A stretch of DNA of 64,000 nt. Source: Dendrobates tinctorius. Its lineage: Eukaryota. The stretch is from positions 79,484,001-79,548,000 of the forward strand of contig NW_027361679.1 of assembly GCF_039654945.1 (NCBI RefSeq), read 5' to 3'. The first letter of the stretch is position 1; each line of letters starts with the position of its first letter. Positions 60,702 to 64,000 of the stretch are shown one piece after another. The notes beneath the pieces were generated by a model, which saw only the letters and a program-made list of their open reading frames with translations, was not told the origin of the DNA and ran no database searches. A program made the position numbers and the translations under genes.

Positions 60702-61063
60702 GGCCATGTGCACACGATGCAGATATCCAGCGGATCCGCAGCGGATTTTACCGCGCAGAAACGCTGCATATCCGCATTGTGATGTACAGTAGCATGTTAG
60801 TCAATAGAAAAAAAAAACGCTGTGCAGACGCTGCGGATTTTTCCGCGCGGTTTTCTTGTGGTTCAAAATATGCAGCATGTCACTTCTTTTGTACAGTTTT
60901 CCTCCTGCTCCATTCTCCAAATCCGCAGGGGGAAATCCGCAGGGGAAAACCACAAGAAAAAAGGAAGAAATCCGCAGGAAAAATGCAGGTCATTTGACCT
61001 GCGGATTTCTTCAATTCTGTGCGGAAAAATCCGCAGGGCAAAAAAGTACATCTGCATTTAGCC
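60702..61063. mobile_element. Harbinger-type MITE (degenerate)
   Basis: ggccatgtgcacacgatgcagat start; aaatccgca repeats; ends atctgcatttagcc|tta. Confidence 0.6.
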
Positions 61064-61354
61064 TTAAAGGAAGGAAAATTGCACCGATGAGGGCCATGGA
61101 GTGTCTACGCTAAACATGCCATTTGTTACAGTAGAGGTTAAAGACGAGCGCTAGATTCAGAAGAAAACTTACAGGACACAACTTTACAAAATAATTTTCC
61201 TAAATCAATGTAATCCAGTATTTTGATTTTTATCTGCAAAGTGGAGAGGCCAAGGTATGTGCTGGGGAGTGGGACTTCAAGGTGTTTTCTGGGTTTCAGC
61301 TAAATTTACAATTCATGGCCTCAACTCATCAAGACTGACGCTGTCCACACCGGT

Positions 61355-61620
61355 CTTGGGCCCCATTTCTAATGCTCCAGTGTATAATGGGCCCCATAGA
61401 TGCTGCTCCAGTGTCTTATCTGCCCCATTTAGAATGCTCCAGTATATGATGGGCTCCATGGATGATGCTCCAGTGTATGATGGGCCCTAATAATGCTCAA
61501 TATATAATGGACTCCATTTCTAATGCTCCAGTGTATAATGGGCCCCGTAAATGCTGCTCCAATGTCTGATGTCCCCCATTTGGAATGCTCCAGTATATGA
61601 TGGGCCCCATTTTTAATGAA
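61355..61620 (+). repeat. Degenerate ~35-40-bp minisatellite
   Basis: aatgctccagtgtataatgggcccc repeated ~7 times. Confidence 0.75.
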
Positions 61621-62074
61621 CCCAGGCATGGTATGTGAAAAGAGCTCCATGGAGTAATCTGAAGTGTGTGCAGCCGCATCCTTCACTTTTGGTGTGGGTG
61701 AAGGACACAAGGAAAGGGGTTGCTCCTGACCAGAAGCCTGCACTGACAACTCAGTGCTTGCATTTTTTGGAACTTCAGAAGAGGCAGCGATCGAGCTGGA
61801 GGCTGTTTCAGCAATGTAAGGCAAAAACAGTTCCTGATGCTCCGGCTTTAAAAGCAGTCTACCTACTCCCAGAAAAGGGAGCCTTACCGGTCTTCCGGAC
61901 CTACACCATGACGCAGGCTCAACACCTCCTGCCTTAGCTGCTATTGTGTTTTTGGCACTACCAGAAGATGCACCACCACCACCATCAGTACCAGGTGGCC
62001 CCCCACGCCCACGTCCGTGTCCTCTTCCATCATACTTCGGAAAATGGACCCAAAATACCAGCAGATATATGGTA

Positions 62075-63090
62075 CTGTATCAGAAGCGTACAGCTCTATA
62101 TAGTCTAGGGATAACAGTAAATCTCCGTATATATTTCATGAGTCATACACAGACGCTCACAGGCTCAGTATGGATTACACAATAAAATAAAAAGTTGAAA
62201 AAGGGTACAGTATCACCAGATACAAGGTATATATAGTATAGTGTAAACATTCTGAATCTCCGTATATATTTCAGGAGGCAGACAAACGCTCTCAGGCCCA
62301 GTATGGATTACACAAGAATATGAAAAGCTGTAAATGGGTAAAGTAACACAAGCGTACAGCTGTATACAGTGTTAGGGTAATCTTAAATCTCCAAATATAT
62401 TTCCGGAGTAACAGACAGACGTTCACAGGCTCATTATGGATTACACCAGAATCGAAATAGCTAAAGAGGTTACTTTATCAGAAGCGTGCAGCTGTATACA
62501 GTGTTGGCCAAATTTGAAATCTCGGTATATATTTCTGGAGTCACCCTCAGATGCTCACTCAGTCTGGGTTTGACCATAATAAAAAATGTTGTAAAAAAAG
62601 GTACTGGATAACAAGATAGCAAGTATATATATTATAGGGTACAATTGAAATCTCCGTATACATAGTCCCGTAGTCACTCTCAGACGCTTACTCAGTATGG
62701 ATTTGACCGTAATACTAAATGTCGAACAAAGGTACTGTATAACAAGATACAAGCTGTATCGAGTATAGAGTAAAAATTGATATCTCCGATTCACCGTATA
62801 TATAGAAGGCGTAATCCACACATGCTCACTCACTATGGATGATACTGTAATAAAAAATTTTGAACAAAGGCACTGTATCAGCACATACCAGGTGTATCCA
62901 GTCTAGGGGTAATTGTAAATTTCCGTCTATACTTCCGGAGTCAGACAGACACTCACAGGCTCACTATGTATTACACCAGAATTTAAAAAGTAGAAAAAAA
63001 GGGAAAGGTTTTCGAAGTGTACACCAGTATACAGTGTTGTGGTACTTTGAAATCTTAGTATATATTTCAATCTCAGTAAGCCAGTCCAGA
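62075..63090 (+). repeat. ~132-bp tandem repeat, ~8 diverged copies
   Basis: aatctccgtatatatt motif at ~62120, 62255, 62386, 62518, 62649, 62781, 62918 and 63050. Confidence 0.85.
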
Positions 63091-63099
63091 CTCTCCGCT

Positions 63100-63680
63100 A
63101 CTGGAAACTACATGGATACAAGTACAGATGGAAAGTCGAGTGTTAGCAGAAATTTGGGAATTACTCTTTGCGGGAAAACCTCCTGGTAGATGTTGCACAG
63201 GAGATGCAGACCCTCAATTACGGTGTCTGTGGAGACAGCGAAAATGGTTCTTTGTGAAGAAAAGATTGCTTTATCGCAGTAGCGTGGATCACATCACTGT
63301 TACTCGTCTCCATCAAATTGTGATCACAGGGAGAGATGTAGACATGGTCCTCACTGCCTATCATGATGTGTCTGATCATTTTGGAGTGCAAAAGACAGAA
63401 GCCACTGGCCGTAGGTGATTCTATTGGATTGGCATGAGAGGAGACATTCAAAAATGGCGGCAGGAATGTCACACGTCTGTGACTATCACAACTGTGAAAG
63501 GTGATCATAAAGCACCACTGCATCCGCTTGTAAGTTGACGTCCATTACAAATGGTAGCCATTGATCATTTGAAGGTAGAGGCCAGCAGGACAGGCCATAG
63601 CTACATCTTAACCATCATCGATCAATAAACCAAATTTCTAGTGGCCGACCCTGTGAAGGATTTAACTGCCCAGACTACAC
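63100..63680 (+). pseudogene. Decayed Gypsy integrase fragment
   Basis: HDVSDHFGVQKT...FYWIGMRGDIQKW...EC, PLQMVAIDH, YILTIID..TKF...DLTAQTT with stops. Confidence 0.72.
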
Positions 63681-64000
63681 AGCGGTGGAGCAGGGAGAGG
63701 TAAGTATTGCAACTTGCAAGTGCTGTGGCCATGACCAAGCAGGGGGGGGCACACTCAAGGGCGACGGTATTGGCACAGGGCCCCTCATAGTACGCTGGTG
63801 TGTCTGACGGCGAGTGGGCCCCGCCACCGTCAGAGACACTGTATTGTACTATGAGGGGCCCTGTGCCAGTGTCGTCGGCCATCAGTGGGCCCATCCACCT
63901 GTTCAGAGCAACGGCACTTGCCCGGGTGCGCCAGGTGTTGACCACAGCCCTTGGGGGGGGGGCGGCTCAGTTAGGGAGGTTTAAAAAATGGCATATGATG

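Overview
Vertebrate genomic DNA, very probably an anuran amphibian (inferred from the T2/Kolobok, piggyBac, Harbinger and Tc1 MITE repertoire). It lies entirely inside a tankyrase-1 (tnks) gene on the minus strand. Nine ankyrin-repeat coding exons (67, 187, 122, 92, 79, 172, 80, 146 and 166 bp; about human exons 7-15) have canonical GT-AG boundaries and compatible phases. The introns are mostly transposon-derived. Young elements: an intact DD34E Tc1, an intact hAT transposon with an 8-bp TSD, and a Gmr1-type Ty3/Gypsy LTR retrotransposon. The Gmr1 element has a SCAN-like capsid, PR-IN-RT-RH order, LTRs differing at about 1 nt, one frameshift, and an odd Val/Ala hybrid PBS. Older elements: a decayed second Gmr1 copy, DD38E and DD41D Tc1/mariner relics, many MITEs, and a 41/39-bp satellite carried inside a TTAA element. 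There are also several short Penelope-like insertions with hammerhead-ribozyme motifs and inverted arms, two of them with 14-15-bp TSDs inside Tc1 terminal repeats. Five N-gaps limit interpretation.
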